DNA of 64,000 nucleotides from a virus (Duplodnaviria; Heunggongvirae; Uroviricota; Caudoviricetes). Positions 63,339 through 64,000 of the stretch are shown piece after piece. The stretch is from IMG/VR virus record IMGVR_UViG_2700989507_000006, one strand, 5' to 3'. The notes beneath the pieces were generated by a model that was not told the DNA's origin, did not search any database, and worked only from the letters and a program-made list of their open reading frames with translations. The number at the start of each line of letters is the position of its first letter. Within the stretch, counting starts at the first letter, position 1. Position numbers and translations under genes: made by a program.

Positions 63339-64000
63339 TCCACTACCTCTTCGAATTTCAACTCCAATTGGTCACCCCAGATTTCACATGATTCGGAACA
63401 CGAACCAGTATCAAACCGCTTGGCCAGCACCATCGCCTGATACAAATTTCTGTAGTCACTGTCGGCATACATTCTGGCAATCCCGTCAAGCGTCAGGAGG
63501 CCACGGTACATAACGTCTTTACCTGTTCTGCGCTGACCATCCCTGACGTGTTTGCCTGTAACCAGTTCATTAAAAACCCGCATCAGACCTGGTTCGTCTT
63601 TACATGCAAGCCCCAGCTTTTGCGTTGACTTTTTGATGCAAAAAACACAGTTCCCGAGGTGCTCCGGGATTTGCAAATCAAAAGGTTGTTTTCGCCACCA
63701 CCGGATAACATCCGACTTATCAAAATCTGACAGTTCGGCAAGATACCGGACGCCCGGTTTCGGTTTCAGCCTACGGGGTTCGTCCGCACGAATACCGAGC
63801 CATGTGATGTAATTCCCTCGCCCAAAATGGTCATCGCAATATTTCGTGAAAGGGGTGAGTTTTAGCCTGTCGGTACAGAATGCGCCGCCGATGTATGGCG
63901 TACCGTACTTTTTAACCATGTCCATAAACGGTTTAAGCACCGGCATTCGCGTCTGAATATCCTTTGGTTCCCATTCCGTATAACCATTTGGCTGCCCAAG
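63335..64000 (-). CDS. PAPS-reductase-like protein (N-terminus beyond the window edge)
   Basis: The reading frame stays open to position 64000 upstream of the first Met; C-terminal region with conserved Cys pairs resembles phage PAPS-reductase family proteins. Confidence 0.6.
   Translation of the reverse strand, partial: LGQPNGYTEWEPKDIQTRMPVLKPFMDMVKKYGTPYIGGAFCTDRLKLTPFTKYCDDHFGRGNYITWLGIRADEPRRLKPKPGVRYLAELSDFDKSDVIRWWRKQPFDLQIPEHLGNCVFCIKKSTQKLGLACKDEPGLMRVFNELVTGKHVRDGQRRTGKDVMYRGLLTLDGIARMYADSDYRNLYQAMVLAKRFDTGSCSESCEIWGDQLELKFEEVVE

Overview
This window reads as a near-syntenic 64-kb segment of a bacteriophage P1-like phage-plasmid, in reverse-complement orientation relative to the usual P1 map. 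All calls rest on reading the sequence and the ORF translations against remembered P1 biology; no searches were run. Anchors seen directly: a perfect loxP site (47890-47923) beside Cre; the C1 repressor with Coi and about nine copies of the asymmetric C1 operator (ATTGCTCTAATAAATTT); the PacA/PacB terminase with the GATC-hexamer pac site inside pacA; the phd-doc addiction module; HumD with a LexA box; a Cin-type invertase next to a ~4.2-kb invertible tail-fibre segment with ~0.62-kb inverted repeats; both Dar antirestriction operons (2255-aa DarB; lydA-lydB-hdf-darA-ddrA-ddrB); SSB and a SAR-type lysozyme; and an immI-like block (c4 leader, icd, ant, kilA, repL). The left third is tail and baseplate morphogenesis including the Sit transglycosylase. 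The strongest candidate for something undescribed is the locus where P1 carries the EcoP1I res-mod restriction system (43.6-45.3 kb): res and mod are absent and an AT-rich, separately terminated gene encoding a zinc-ribbon plus DUF4145-like protein sits there with a second unrecognised gene. Other points worth a second look are a terminase-ATPase paralogue with degenerate Walker motifs, a peptide motif shared between a periplasmic protein and Sit, and a very acidic protein ending the darA operon. No rRNA, tRNA, CRISPR array, integrase or IS element was recognised by eye.
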